Below are positions 1 through 9,246 of a stretch of 39,297 nucleotides of DNA, one piece after another; positions within the stretch are counted from its first letter, which is position 1; the number at the start of each line of letters is the position of its first letter. The stretch comes from Oligoflexales bacterium. Lineage in GTDB: Bacteria; Bdellovibrionota_B; Oligoflexia; Oligoflexales; Bog-1112. The stretch spans positions 1 through 39,297 of the forward strand of contig JBGCDR010000449.1 in assembly GCA_045105515.1 (NCBI GenBank). The letters run 5' to 3'. The notes under the pieces are model-generated. The model did no database searches and was not told the origin of the DNA. It worked only from the letters and a program-made list of their open reading frames with translations. A program made the position numbers and the translations under genes.

Positions 1-140
1 TTCAACGCAGCTTCTTCAAAGTTAAGAGTCAGAATTGATAAGCTTCGTGATGAAATAGGTTACGCAGCAGCAGGTCTTTGGAACTATAAAATAACATAAA
101 TTAAGCTACCAAAGGGTTTTATCAATTGTTAGACAACTCT
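1..140 (+). mobile_element. Right end of an insertion sequence (IS5/ISL2-like, DDE_Tnp_4-type), truncated by the window start
   Basis: 1-140 is the exact reverse complement of 39158-39297 and identity stops at base 141. Frame +1, 1-99, reads FNAASSKLRVRIDKLRDEIGYAAAGLWNYKIT*, resembling the R-x-R...GLWN C-terminus of DDE_Tnp_4 transposases. It cuts the gene at 141-276. Confidence 0.75.
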
Positions 141-276
141 CATATTTCAACGCGTCTTTTTCAGTCAAACCAAGCGTCAAGGTACTATTAACTGGCTTTC
201 CATTTGAAAGAATTTCCACCTCTAGTTTAGTTAGTCGGATGCGTACTGAATTTTCAAATATTCTTAACTTCATCAT
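141..276 (-). pseudogene. Small conserved hypothetical protein (MKLRIxxNSVRxRLTxxEV family, DUF7009-like), 3' part displaced by the IS
   Basis: ATG at 276 or 273 with GAAGGGA RBS just downstream of the fdhD stop. The last 10 codons of ORF 106..303 lie essentially inside the 140-bp repeat. Confidence 0.6.
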
Positions 277-284
277 GATTCCCT

Positions 285-1163
285 TCATTCTATATGAGAA
301 CAATATCCAAATTCATCATTATAAACATTTACAGAGTCCTCACCCAAAAAACCTAGTAAGCATACGCCATAGGCTTTTGCTATCTGCAACGCAGCGCTTG
401 ATGGTGCTCCTACAGAAATAACAAGTGGGATTTTTACAACAACAGCTTTTTGCAAAAGCTCATAAGATGACCTCCCGCTCAGCATAAGAATGTGCTTATT
501 TAATGGCTTATCTACCATCAATGCCTGACCAATAACTTTGTCTAAGGCATTATGCCTACCAATATCCTCACTCCAAAAAAGGGGCTTACCTGTTTCCGAG
601 TAGATTGCCGCAGCATGAACACCACCAGTACAACGGAACATCCCTTGTAAGCAATTAAGCTTATCTCTAAGGTCCCACAATAACCCTGCACCCATCTTGA
701 AGCCAGGGATTGGATTTAATGCCTCTAATCCATCTTTTTGAAGCATTTCCAAACTAGATTTTCCGCACAAACCGCAAGCAGATGAGGATACAAAAAAACG
801 CCTGAGGCTTTTCTGCTGTAAAGCTGATCGAAGCTTAACTCTGACAATATTCGTTGGTTCCCTAATTGGATGAGGTCCGCAAAACTTCATAGATAATATA
901 TCTTGATAAGATCTGATCAAACCTTCAGCTTTCAGAAACCCCACTACTAAGGCAAAATCGTCCCCCGGTGTTCGCATAGTAATAGATAAAGAAAATTCAT
1001 TTAATTTTGTATTTTGCGAAGCACCCCCCACGCGAATTTCAAGGGGTTCCTCCAAAACAACTTGATCCCAAAAATGAATTTGAGATCCGTTTCGAAGAAT
1101 TTTTTTAATGCCACAGGGGTGTGGATTACCATAGGTCTTTGATTCCTGAGGCTCTTTGAACAA
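285..1163 (-). CDS. fdhD: Formate dehydrogenase accessory sulfurtransferase FdhD
   Basis: EEPLEIR, TMRTPGDD, SSACGLCGK, TGGVHAAA, EDIGRHNALDKVIG and SGRSSYEL motifs. TTG start with AGGAG RBS. Confidence 0.93.
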   Translation of the reverse strand: MFKEPQESKTYGNPHPCGIKKILRNGSQIHFWDQVVLEEPLEIRVGGASQNTKLNEFSLSITMRTPGDDFALVVGFLKAEGLIRSYQDILSMKFCGPHPIREPTNIVRVKLRSALQQKSLRRFFVSSSACGLCGKSSLEMLQKDGLEALNPIPGFKMGAGLLWDLRDKLNCLQGMFRCTGGVHAAAIYSETGKPLFWSEDIGRHNALDKVIGQALMVDKPLNKHILMLSGRSSYELLQKAVVVKIPLVISVGAPSSAALQIAKAYGVCLLGFLGEDSVNVYNDEFGYCSHIE

Positions 1164-1464
1164 AACTATCTCCTTAACATTTAGCTATTCTCTGAAGGGG
1201 TATTAGACCTTAGATCCTCTTTACCTTATCCAATAAAGTTCCCTATGAGCAGGGAGCTTAGAATTGAATTAGGCTAAGGATTCCAATATCTACTATTTTC
1301 CAAAAATTTCTACTTCTGCAGAAATAATGGAAATCTTCAATTTTAAGATCTTGAGTTTCCCAAACATTAGAATTCTTTGAGTAATAACGATTGGTGAAAT
1401 TTCTTAGCATATTCTTAATATATTCTGGCGTCCTATTATAAGAATACTTGAATTCAATAAGAAA

Positions 1465-1800
1465 ATGTTCACATTAATTTCTGAACTTAGGACAAATGGA
1501 GTTATTTTTGTTAGTGGCGACCGCCACGCCGGTGAGATATCTTCCATTAAACACCCTCTTGTCGCATACCCCATTTATGATATGACATCCAGTGGTTTAA
1601 CCAATTCAATAAAGCCAGGTAATAGACGTGAGGCCAACCCTTTTCGCCTTAGTAACACCCTATTTCACACCCAGAGAAATTTTGGAATTGTTCATATTAC
1701 CAATGACCAGAATGGCGTATTTGTTCATCTTAACTTAAAAGATCATCAAGGTATTTCTCTAATAGAACACAAGGTAAATCTTGAGACTTTGAAGTTTTAA
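1465..1800 (+). pseudogene. C-terminal fragment of a PhoD-family alkaline phosphatase
   Basis: VIFVSGDRHAGEIS, YDMTSSGLT and NFGIV match the PhoD C-terminal part. Only 111 aa, with an in-frame TAG at 1405 and no PhoD-like sequence upstream of ~1459. Confidence 0.7.
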
Positions 1801-1835
1801 TCACAGAACCCATCATCAAAGTTTGTGAATATTGG

Positions 1836-2858
1836 TTGTTAGAAACATCAAGATATCATACTCTCAACAAAACTTTAAGTTCCAAGCTAATCTATCAATG
1901 GAGAATTTTGTTGAGAAATTTCTATGCATTTCTAGCCCTTGCTTCCTTCTTTTCTAACCCTGTACATGCCCATTGGGCAGACTCAAAAGATTTTATTGCT
2001 TACTGTGAAGAGGGTAGCTCGCAGGACAGCGCAGATGGTGTTAAATATACTATAAGACGGCTTCTTTGGTCAGTTCGCTCAGAAGATTGCAAACATGCTT
2101 TCGAAAAATTACAAGGCCTTACTTCTCTTAATCTCAACTCTAATCCCGAAGGAGGTCACCAAATTAGTGACCTCAGGCCTTTGGCAGGTTTGAAAAATCT
2201 AAGGCATTTGGATATTAGCAATAACAAATTAAAAGACTTACGCCCACTCGCTTCTCTTGAGAATTTAAGCTCACTCAGTTTGCGAGGTAATAGGCATGAA
2301 CTTGATCTCTTCCCATTAAGATCCTTAGTAAACTTGCAATCTCTTGACTTATGTTGGTTGGGCAATCGTAGCCTAAAGCCTATACAAAACCTAAAAAATC
2401 TCGAAATCCTTGGTGTGAGTGGTAGCGGTAATCTTGATTTGATTTCCCAGCTCAACTTATCAAAACTTGAGATCAGTAATGGACACCTTAACCCAAGATT
2501 TCTCAGACCTATCAAAACTATGAACTCCCTAAAAGAACTCAAGGTATGGGTCGGTAGAAGCAGAAGTAAGCCAGCAAATATTGAGTCCTTAGCTTCTCTA
2601 ATAAATTTAGAAAGTTTAGAATTCCGTGATGCTTGGAAGCTACAGGACATCAGTATAGTGCAACAAATGAAAAAGCTAAGAACTTTTACAGCTCCCTTTT
2701 CGAGTATAAATGATTTAAATCCCCTTGCCGAACTTGCAGATCTGCAAACTCTTAAGCTGCGAGTCAATAAAGTCCCGGCAAATAAAGACTTCTGTCCAAC
2801 AGAACGTGGGCCAGAGGTACTTCGCCTTTACTGCAAAGCACTTATCGGTCGCTCCTAA
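1836..2858 (+). CDS. Secreted leucine-rich repeat (internalin-like) protein; true start probably TTG at ~1908-1911
   Basis: Repeated LxxLxxLxLxxNxIxDLxPL units, GGAG RBS at ~1900, signal peptide ending VHA, Cys-containing N- and C-caps. Confidence 0.85.
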   Translation: MLETSRYHTLNKTLSSKLIYQWRILLRNFYAFLALASFFSNPVHAHWADSKDFIAYCEEGSSQDSADGVKYTIRRLLWSVRSEDCKHAFEKLQGLTSLNLNSNPEGGHQISDLRPLAGLKNLRHLDISNNKLKDLRPLASLENLSSLSLRGNRHELDLFPLRSLVNLQSLDLCWLGNRSLKPIQNLKNLEILGVSGSGNLDLISQLNLSKLEISNGHLNPRFLRPIKTMNSLKELKVWVGRSRSKPANIESLASLINLESLEFRDAWKLQDISIVQQMKKLRTFTAPFSSINDLNPLAELADLQTLKLRVNKVPANKDFCPTERGPEVLRLYCKALIGRS

Positions 2859-2879
2859 AAGCTTATCTATGCATCTAGC

Positions 2880-3899
2880 TTACATTACTACAGAAGCACC
2901 CACCGTCTGGGGTAATTCTGGCCACTCTAGTTTAGGCTTTTGCCCCGTTAAAGACTCTAAAAAGGATACAATATCTGCGACTTCCTGCTTTTTCAATTCT
3001 TTCCCTAGTTGGGTTTTCGCCATCACTCTAACAGCCTCATCAAGTGTCTTAACTGAGCCATTGTGCAGGTATGGAGCTAACAATGCGATATTTCGCCATG
3101 TGGGAACTCGCCATAGATGTTTGTCCTGAGAATTTTTGGTAACACGATGCCTTCCGGTATCAGCAAGTAAGTCATATTGCTTTTCATACTCAGTATCAGA
3201 AAAAGTTGGAAATTTCATTAGAAAGGGAGTACCATCAGGAAGCTTGGGCCCAGAAAAATTCACCCCTTGGTGACAGCTGGTACACCCAACCGACTGTACT
3301 AGCTCGTACCCTCGTTTAGCACTTTCATTCAAAGCTTTTTTGTCTCCTGCCAGGTAATGATCAAAGGCGCTATTGGGTGTTAATAGTGTCCTTTCAAATT
3401 CTGCAATGGCATCTCCTATATTGGCTAAAGTGATTGAATATTTATTCTTATAAACCTTAGCAAATTGATCTACATATCCAGGGATTTTTTTCAAACGATC
3501 TTCCACAGCTTTAGCATCTGGCATTGCCATCTCAATAGGATTGGTGATAGGGCCTACAGCCTGCTCTTCTAAGGACTTTGCCCTTCCATCCCAGAAAAAG
3601 GATGACATAAATGCAACATTCCAAACTGTAGGCGCTTTACGATCACCATGATGGCCCCCTACCCCAACAGAGTTTGGGCGCTGATCTGAGCCGTTGCCCA
3701 TTAAGTTGTGACAAGAATTACAAGAAACCGTGCCATCTTGTGAAAGCCGAGGGTCAAAAAATAGTTTTTTTCCTAAAGATACTTTCTCCTGATTTAGCTT
3801 AGAAAAATCTAGCTTATTTTTTAATAATGGTTCGCTGACTGCAGCAAAACCAAAACTAGCCTTAAGCAAGAGTATTAGAGCAATATTTTTTACTGTCAT
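2880..3899 (-). CDS. Di-heme cytochrome c peroxidase (CCP/MauG family)
   Basis: Two CxxCH motifs (CNSCH, CTSCH), LGKKLFFDPRLS, FFWDGRA, PITNPIEMAM, RNIALLAPYLHNG, N-terminal signal peptide. Confidence 0.93.
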   Translation of the reverse strand: MTVKNIALILLLKASFGFAAVSEPLLKNKLDFSKLNQEKVSLGKKLFFDPRLSQDGTVSCNSCHNLMGNGSDQRPNSVGVGGHHGDRKAPTVWNVAFMSSFFWDGRAKSLEEQAVGPITNPIEMAMPDAKAVEDRLKKIPGYVDQFAKVYKNKYSITLANIGDAIAEFERTLLTPNSAFDHYLAGDKKALNESAKRGYELVQSVGCTSCHQGVNFSGPKLPDGTPFLMKFPTFSDTEYEKQYDLLADTGRHRVTKNSQDKHLWRVPTWRNIALLAPYLHNGSVKTLDEAVRVMAKTQLGKELKKQEVADIVSFLESLTGQKPKLEWPELPQTVGASVVM

Positions 3900-4089
3900 A
3901 AAATTATCCCCAATTTCCGTAATGTTTCAAGAAAACAGCTATCACTTGATTTCGTCGCGGTCAACATCTGAACGAAAATAAGCTAATAGAATGAACGAAT
4001 AATGAAGGATCTAGAGAAATATTTTCAGAAAATTTCCATTTTTTTGAAAGGCTTTGGGGATGACAGAAAAGGAAAATATTTCGTTTTGC

Positions 4090-6300
4090 TTAACCTAATT
4101 GATCCCATGTTTTTTGCAGAGGAAGAGTTCGAAGCCTCTTCTTCTTAAGATCAAAAACTGCATTAGCTACAGCTGCAGCAATAGGTGGCACCGAAGGCTC
4201 ACCACATCCCCCTAATTCTGCATTTGCATCTCCTATGATGTCAACTTCTATGGAAGGGGCATCACTGATACGCAATACCGGAAAATCATGAAAATTACTT
4301 TGAGCCACTTTGCCATCATTAATGTTAATTTCTCCTGTAAGGGCAGCAGAAAGGCCATAAATCAGCCCACCTTCCATCTGTGCTTTGACTCCATCAGGAT
4401 CTACAGCAAGGCCACAGTCTACAGCAATAAAAGCTTCATCAACACGAATCTGATTTCCCTGCATAGAGACTTTAACAAGTTCTCCTACATAAGACTTAAA
4501 GCTTTCGTGCACCGCAACACCGATACCATCACCAGGCTTGCGTTGCTTCCAAAGAGGGTGCTCTGCTAAACGCTCCAAGACTTTCTTATAACGCTTATGC
4601 TCAGGATCAAGATTGGCTAAACGAAACGCAATGGGATCTTTTCCTGCTAAGTATGCAAGCTCATCCACAAAGGATTCCTTATAAAAACCACTAATGGAGT
4701 GTCCTACAGATCGCCAAAACCCTAGAGGTAAGTCTGTGGGCATCTGTTCCCAATGAAAATCAAAATCTTTGCTCAGATATGGGATCGCATCACTGCCTTC
4801 ATTTTCCATAGCTCCAGCAATCAGCGATCCAAGTCCACCTCCAAGAGAGTTTTTAAAGGAACGCCCCAGCCATTCAGGAAAAATTCCGTGAGAAAAACGA
4901 CTAAATACATCTGATGAAAAGGATGGGGATGCATTGGTGTGAAACCATGCCAAGATTTTACCACTCTTTGCATCAACAGCACCACCCATTTTAGCGACCC
5001 CATTTGGCCTGTAGTAATCTTGCTTCGTGTCCTCCTCGCGACTATATAGCAACTGAACAGGCTTTCCCGGAAACTCTTTTGCAACAATAGCTGCTTTTTC
5101 TGAATAGTCCTGATAGAATCTACGACCAAACCCCCCTCCACAAAAGGTAGAATGAACCTTGATTTTCTCATATGGGAGTCCAAAAGCCTTAGCAACGGAC
5201 TCTTGGGTGAGAGAAGCTGCCTGAGTTGGAGCCCAGACCGTACAGCTATCATCTGCGAATAGGACTGTAGCATTCATAGGCTCCATACATGCATGCGCTA
5301 AATAAGGCACCTGATATTCGGCTTCAAGAGTTTTATGACCTTTTGAACCCAAATCTGTAATTTTTTCTGCATACTCATCAGCGTATGCCTTTGAACAAGC
5401 TTTTTTATACGACTTGATTTGCTGTTCGCTATCAAATTTGCTTGCAGTCTGATCCCAATTTATATCCAATTTTTCGGAAACGCGCTTTGCCTGCCAATAC
5501 TTCTTAGCAACGACTACTACTCCAAAATCAAAGGCAAAAATCCCTTGTATACCTAGCTCTTTTTTCATAGCTTCAATATTCTTAATACTAGCTTTTGCAC
5601 CTGGAACTGGGACATGGATCACAGTTGCCTTTAGAGAATCTTTTGGGGGCGCATCAATTCCATAAATAGCTTCAGCAGTAAGTTTAGGTTTGTTATCTAT
5701 GCGAGGCTGCTTCTTACCAATCAGCTTGAAGCCTTTTGGGCTTTTAAGTTTCACTGAATCGGAAGCACTAAGACCACCTGCCTTCATAAGCAATTTGGTA
5801 TATGGCTCTTTGATACTTGGCTTGGCAATCTGATAAATATAACCATCTTCAGCCTTACATTTGTCCGTTGAAACATTCCACTCCCTTGCTGCTGCTTCGA
5901 TGAGAATTTGTCTGCAAGCAGCTCCTGCTTTGCGCATAGGTTCAAAATAAGCAACAATCGAGGTGCTACCTCCAGTAGATTGCATGCCAAAAGCAGGATT
6001 TTTATAGGCTGAGCCTACGGGAGCAAACTGTACCTGCAAACGCTCGAGTGGATATTCAAACTCTTCACAGAACATTAATGACAGAGAGTGAGCTACCCCT
6101 TGCCCCATTTCACACTGACTACAAATAAAAACTAGTCCATCCCCACCTTTTTGAGCTTCGATCCAGACGCTAAGCTTACTACTTTGTTCACCTACATCCG
6201 CTTTATGAGTAGTTGAACAAGATGAGAAAGTTGAAGCACTAGCTATAACTCCACCAACTCCAACAGACACCTTTAAAAAGTCACGCCTATTTGTATCCAT
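4090..6300 (-). CDS. Xanthine-dehydrogenase-family molybdopterin-binding subunit (isoquinoline 1-oxidoreductase beta/IorB-like), Tat-exported
   Basis: NRRDFLK twin-arginine motif, EMGQG, TGGSTS, AHACMEPMN, GGGFGRR, WRSVGHS, AQMEGG, GGCGEP. Confidence 0.92.
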   Translation of the reverse strand: MDTNRRDFLKVSVGVGGVIASASTFSSCSTTHKADVGEQSSKLSVWIEAQKGGDGLVFICSQCEMGQGVAHSLSLMFCEEFEYPLERLQVQFAPVGSAYKNPAFGMQSTGGSTSIVAYFEPMRKAGAACRQILIEAAAREWNVSTDKCKAEDGYIYQIAKPSIKEPYTKLLMKAGGLSASDSVKLKSPKGFKLIGKKQPRIDNKPKLTAEAIYGIDAPPKDSLKATVIHVPVPGAKASIKNIEAMKKELGIQGIFAFDFGVVVVAKKYWQAKRVSEKLDINWDQTASKFDSEQQIKSYKKACSKAYADEYAEKITDLGSKGHKTLEAEYQVPYLAHACMEPMNATVLFADDSCTVWAPTQAASLTQESVAKAFGLPYEKIKVHSTFCGGGFGRRFYQDYSEKAAIVAKEFPGKPVQLLYSREEDTKQDYYRPNGVAKMGGAVDAKSGKILAWFHTNASPSFSSDVFSRFSHGIFPEWLGRSFKNSLGGGLGSLIAGAMENEGSDAIPYLSKDFDFHWEQMPTDLPLGFWRSVGHSISGFYKESFVDELAYLAGKDPIAFRLANLDPEHKRYKKVLERLAEHPLWKQRKPGDGIGVAVHESFKSYVGELVKVSMQGNQIRVDEAFIAVDCGLAVDPDGVKAQMEGGLIYGLSAALTGEININDGKVAQSNFHDFPVLRISDAPSIEVDIIGDANAELGGCGEPSVPPIAAAVANAVFDLKKKRLRTLPLQKTWDQLG

Positions 6301-6341
6301 TCGGTTCCCTTCCTTTAGCGATATTTAAAGATCGTCTGTAC

Positions 6342-6803
6342 CTAGGGTTGTTGTTCAGCCTTCGCGGCTTTTGCGATTGCTTTTTTAATACGACTATAAG
6401 TTCCACATCTGCAGATATTGCCACTCATATGTGCGACAATTTCCTCGTCAGATGGATCTTTATTGGAGTTTAAAAGGGCTATAGCGCTCATAATCTGTCC
6501 AGACTGACAATATCCACATTGAGGGACATTTTCTTCATTCCAAGCAGAGAGAACGGGATGGTCCGGTTTTTTTGCATAGTGATCAAAAGTGGTAAGTTCC
6601 TGTCCAGCAACCGCAGCAACAGGAGTGATACAGCTTCGGGTTGGAGACCCGTTCAAGTGAACAGTGCAAGCACCACATAGGCCTTTTCCACAGCCAAATT
6701 TAGTTCCTTTTAAGTTTAGCTCTTCACGGATCACCCATAGTAAAGGGGTGTCAGTAGGTATATCTAAATTGTATATTTTTCCATTGACTTTTAGCTCTAC
6801 CAT
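6342..6803 (-). CDS. (2Fe-2S)-binding subunit (IorA/CoxS-like)
   Basis: [36 protein letters not shown]. Confidence 0.95.
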   Translation of the reverse strand: MVELKVNGKIYNLDIPTDTPLLWVIREELNLKGTKFGCGKGLCGACTVHLNGSPTRSCITPVAAVAGQELTTFDHYAKKPDHPVLSAWNEENVPQCGYCQSGQIMSAIALLNSNKDPSDEEIVAHMSGNICRCGTYSRIKKAIAKAAKAEQQP

Positions 6804-6935
6804 CCTCTCGATCCTTCCATAGTGATCTTGGCTTAGCTGGCATTACCTGCTTATCATTGTAAGGTCAAACATGGATCGAGAGAACCGAGAACTGGAAAAA
6901 CAAGTAAAGAGAACTAGAAAAACAAGGAAGGAAAT

Positions 6936-8975
6936 CTACCAGATTTTCACTCGTGAATCCGGAGCAATGTAGACTCTATCCACTTCCTTTACCTGGAATG
7001 CTTCATAAAACTCAGGGAGATTGGCAACAATACCATTAACTCGATACTCACTTGGGGAATGAGGATCTGTAAGAAGCCGGTTGATAAGTTCTTCTTGCCG
7101 ATAGTTACGTGGCCATATTTGTGCCCAACCAACAAAGAATCTTTGTATTCCTGTGAATCCGTCAAACACTTTATTTTGCTGATCTGCAGCTGACATTTGA
7201 TAGGCCTTCAAAGCAATGGTTAAGCCTCCTAAATCGCCAATATTCTCACCTAAGGTAAAGGAACCATTAATAAAGTGGCCAGGCAGAGGCTCATAAGCAC
7301 CAAACTGATCTACTAACCTCTTAGTTCTTTGTTTAAATTCACGCAAATCAGAGTCACTCCACCAATTGGTCATCATTCCATCGCCATCAAATTTTGCTCC
7401 TTGGTCATCAAACCCATGACCCATTTCATGACCAATAACAGCTCCAATGCCTCCATAGTTTACAGCGTCATCAGCTTCCATGGAGAAGAAGGGAGCTTGA
7501 AGGATTGCAGCAGGAAAAACGATTTCGTTAAGAGTAGGGTGATAATAAGCATTAACGGTCTGTGGGCTAAGATGCCACTCTTCTCGATCCACTTCCTTGG
7601 AAATTTTGCTCAGATCTTCTTTGTGCTCAAAAAAGGAAGCGCGAATTATATTTCCCACTAAATCACTGGGCTTTATTTCAAGACCTGTGATGTCTTTCCA
7701 TTTATTTGGATAACCAATTTTATGCTGAAATTTAGATAACTTTGCTAATGCTTTTGCCTTAGTTTCTTTGCTCATCCAGGGGAGTTCGCGAATGCTTACC
7801 TCATAGGCTCTTTGCAAGTTGGCAACCATTAGTTCCATCCTTGCTTTAGCCTCTGGTTTAAAATGACGCGCTACATATTCTTTACCAAGAGCGTCTCCCA
7901 GTATACTATTTACTAAGCTAACCCCTCGCTTCCACCGTTCTTCTTGACTCTTAGTACCACGCAGTTTTTGACCATAAAAATTGAAATGGGCAACAGATAT
8001 ATTTTCATGCAAGTAGGGGGCAAAACGATTGATAAGTTGCCATTTCAGGTAGGTTTTCCAATTGTCAAGATTATGCTTTTCAATGACGGAGCTGAGGTGC
8101 TTAAGGTAATCTGGAGCATTTACGACAAGAATTTTTTGCTGTGAGAGCTCTAATGTTCTAAAAAATCCATCCCAGTCAAAGTTGGGAGTAAGTGCCTTGA
8201 TTTCATCTAAGCTCAAAGGATTATAGATTTTCTCGCGTTGTCTTGCCTCAGTACGGGTCAGCTGCTCTTTTGCCAAATCAACTTCAAGATCAAAAACCAA
8301 CTTTGCTGACTCACTTGGGTCCTTAGCGCCAATTAGGGTAAATATGTGAGATAGGTGATGTTTGTAATCGTTTCTAATCTGCTCTGAACGATCCCCTTCT
8401 TGGAAGTAATGATCTCGGTCAGGCAAGCCTAGGCCAGATTGACCTATAAAACCAGCATAGTGACCTGAATCTTTAAAGTCTATACTGGCATAAATACCAA
8501 ATGGGACCTTGATACCCATTCGGAGCGCATGAGCAAAATACACAGCTAAAGCATCAAGGGACTGGAGTTGATCAATTTTTGCTAGCTCTTCTGATATGGG
8601 AAGAAAACGTCGACTCTCTATGGTCTGTTGATTCATGAAGCTATCATATAAATCACGGATTTTTTGCTTTTCCGAAGACGCTTCCAATTCTTTACTTGAG
8701 TCCAACTCATCAATGATAGCTTTTATCTGCTTGCGAGCTTGATCATCTAAGATGGAAAATACACTATAATCTGATTTATCACCGGGAATTTCAGTTCGCT
8801 TAAGCCAAGAACCGTTTACAAACTCATAGAAATTATCTTGTGGCCGGATACTTTGATCAAAGTTTTCGAGGATCACCCCAGAACTTTGCTTACCATCTTT
8901 ATTCCAATATTTTAAAGGGTTAAGCCAAGCTAAGGCAGCGATGATTAAGATTGTTGGAATAGTCGTGTAGATCAT
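6936..8975 (-). CDS. M13 family zinc metallopeptidase (PepO/neprilysin-like)
   Basis: VNAYY, HEMGH zinc motif, GENIGD, DPHSP, N-terminal hydrophobic anchor. Confidence 0.95.
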   Translation of the reverse strand: MIYTTIPTILIIAALAWLNPLKYWNKDGKQSSGVILENFDQSIRPQDNFYEFVNGSWLKRTEIPGDKSDYSVFSILDDQARKQIKAIIDELDSSKELEASSEKQKIRDLYDSFMNQQTIESRRFLPISEELAKIDQLQSLDALAVYFAHALRMGIKVPFGIYASIDFKDSGHYAGFIGQSGLGLPDRDHYFQEGDRSEQIRNDYKHHLSHIFTLIGAKDPSESAKLVFDLEVDLAKEQLTRTEARQREKIYNPLSLDEIKALTPNFDWDGFFRTLELSQQKILVVNAPDYLKHLSSVIEKHNLDNWKTYLKWQLINRFAPYLHENISVAHFNFYGQKLRGTKSQEERWKRGVSLVNSILGDALGKEYVARHFKPEAKARMELMVANLQRAYEVSIRELPWMSKETKAKALAKLSKFQHKIGYPNKWKDITGLEIKPSDLVGNIIRASFFEHKEDLSKISKEVDREEWHLSPQTVNAYYHPTLNEIVFPAAILQAPFFSMEADDAVNYGGIGAVIGHEMGHGFDDQGAKFDGDGMMTNWWSDSDLREFKQRTKRLVDQFGAYEPLPGHFINGSFTLGENIGDLGGLTIALKAYQMSAADQQNKVFDGFTGIQRFFVGWAQIWPRNYRQEELINRLLTDPHSPSEYRVNGIVANLPEFYEAFQVKEVDRVYIAPDSRVKIW

Positions 8976-9246
8976 AGAATCAATTACCTTATTAAAGTGG
9001 CAGCAATTAGTTCACCTGCATTTAGTTAAAGCAAGCTAAAAAGTTTGTCAAACTAATCTGGTCTATCAAGGCGGAGTTTTAATCGCCATTCAAGTGATGA
9101 ATTTATTCAGAAGATTCAGAATAATAGCAGTGTAAACGTTCGTTCTAGATTTTTGGCATTATGAATATTCAGATCTTGCAAAATGTAGGGTTAAGTTAAT
9201 GGCCAGATAATTGGTCCCTAAAAATGATTTACATTTAAGTTAAATT

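Noticed and set aside
1164..1330. Moco riboswitch upstream of fdhD
   Set aside because: Only one short hairpin (~1238-1259) was seen and the conserved Moco RNA elements were not recognisable. An Infernal/Rfam scan would settle it.
2156..2767. 203-aa antisense ORF and other shadow ORFs (e.g. 9853-10365, 29076-29537, 31132-31575, 35678-35947)
   Set aside because: They overlap well-supported genes, mostly on the opposite strand, and show no recognisable motifs.
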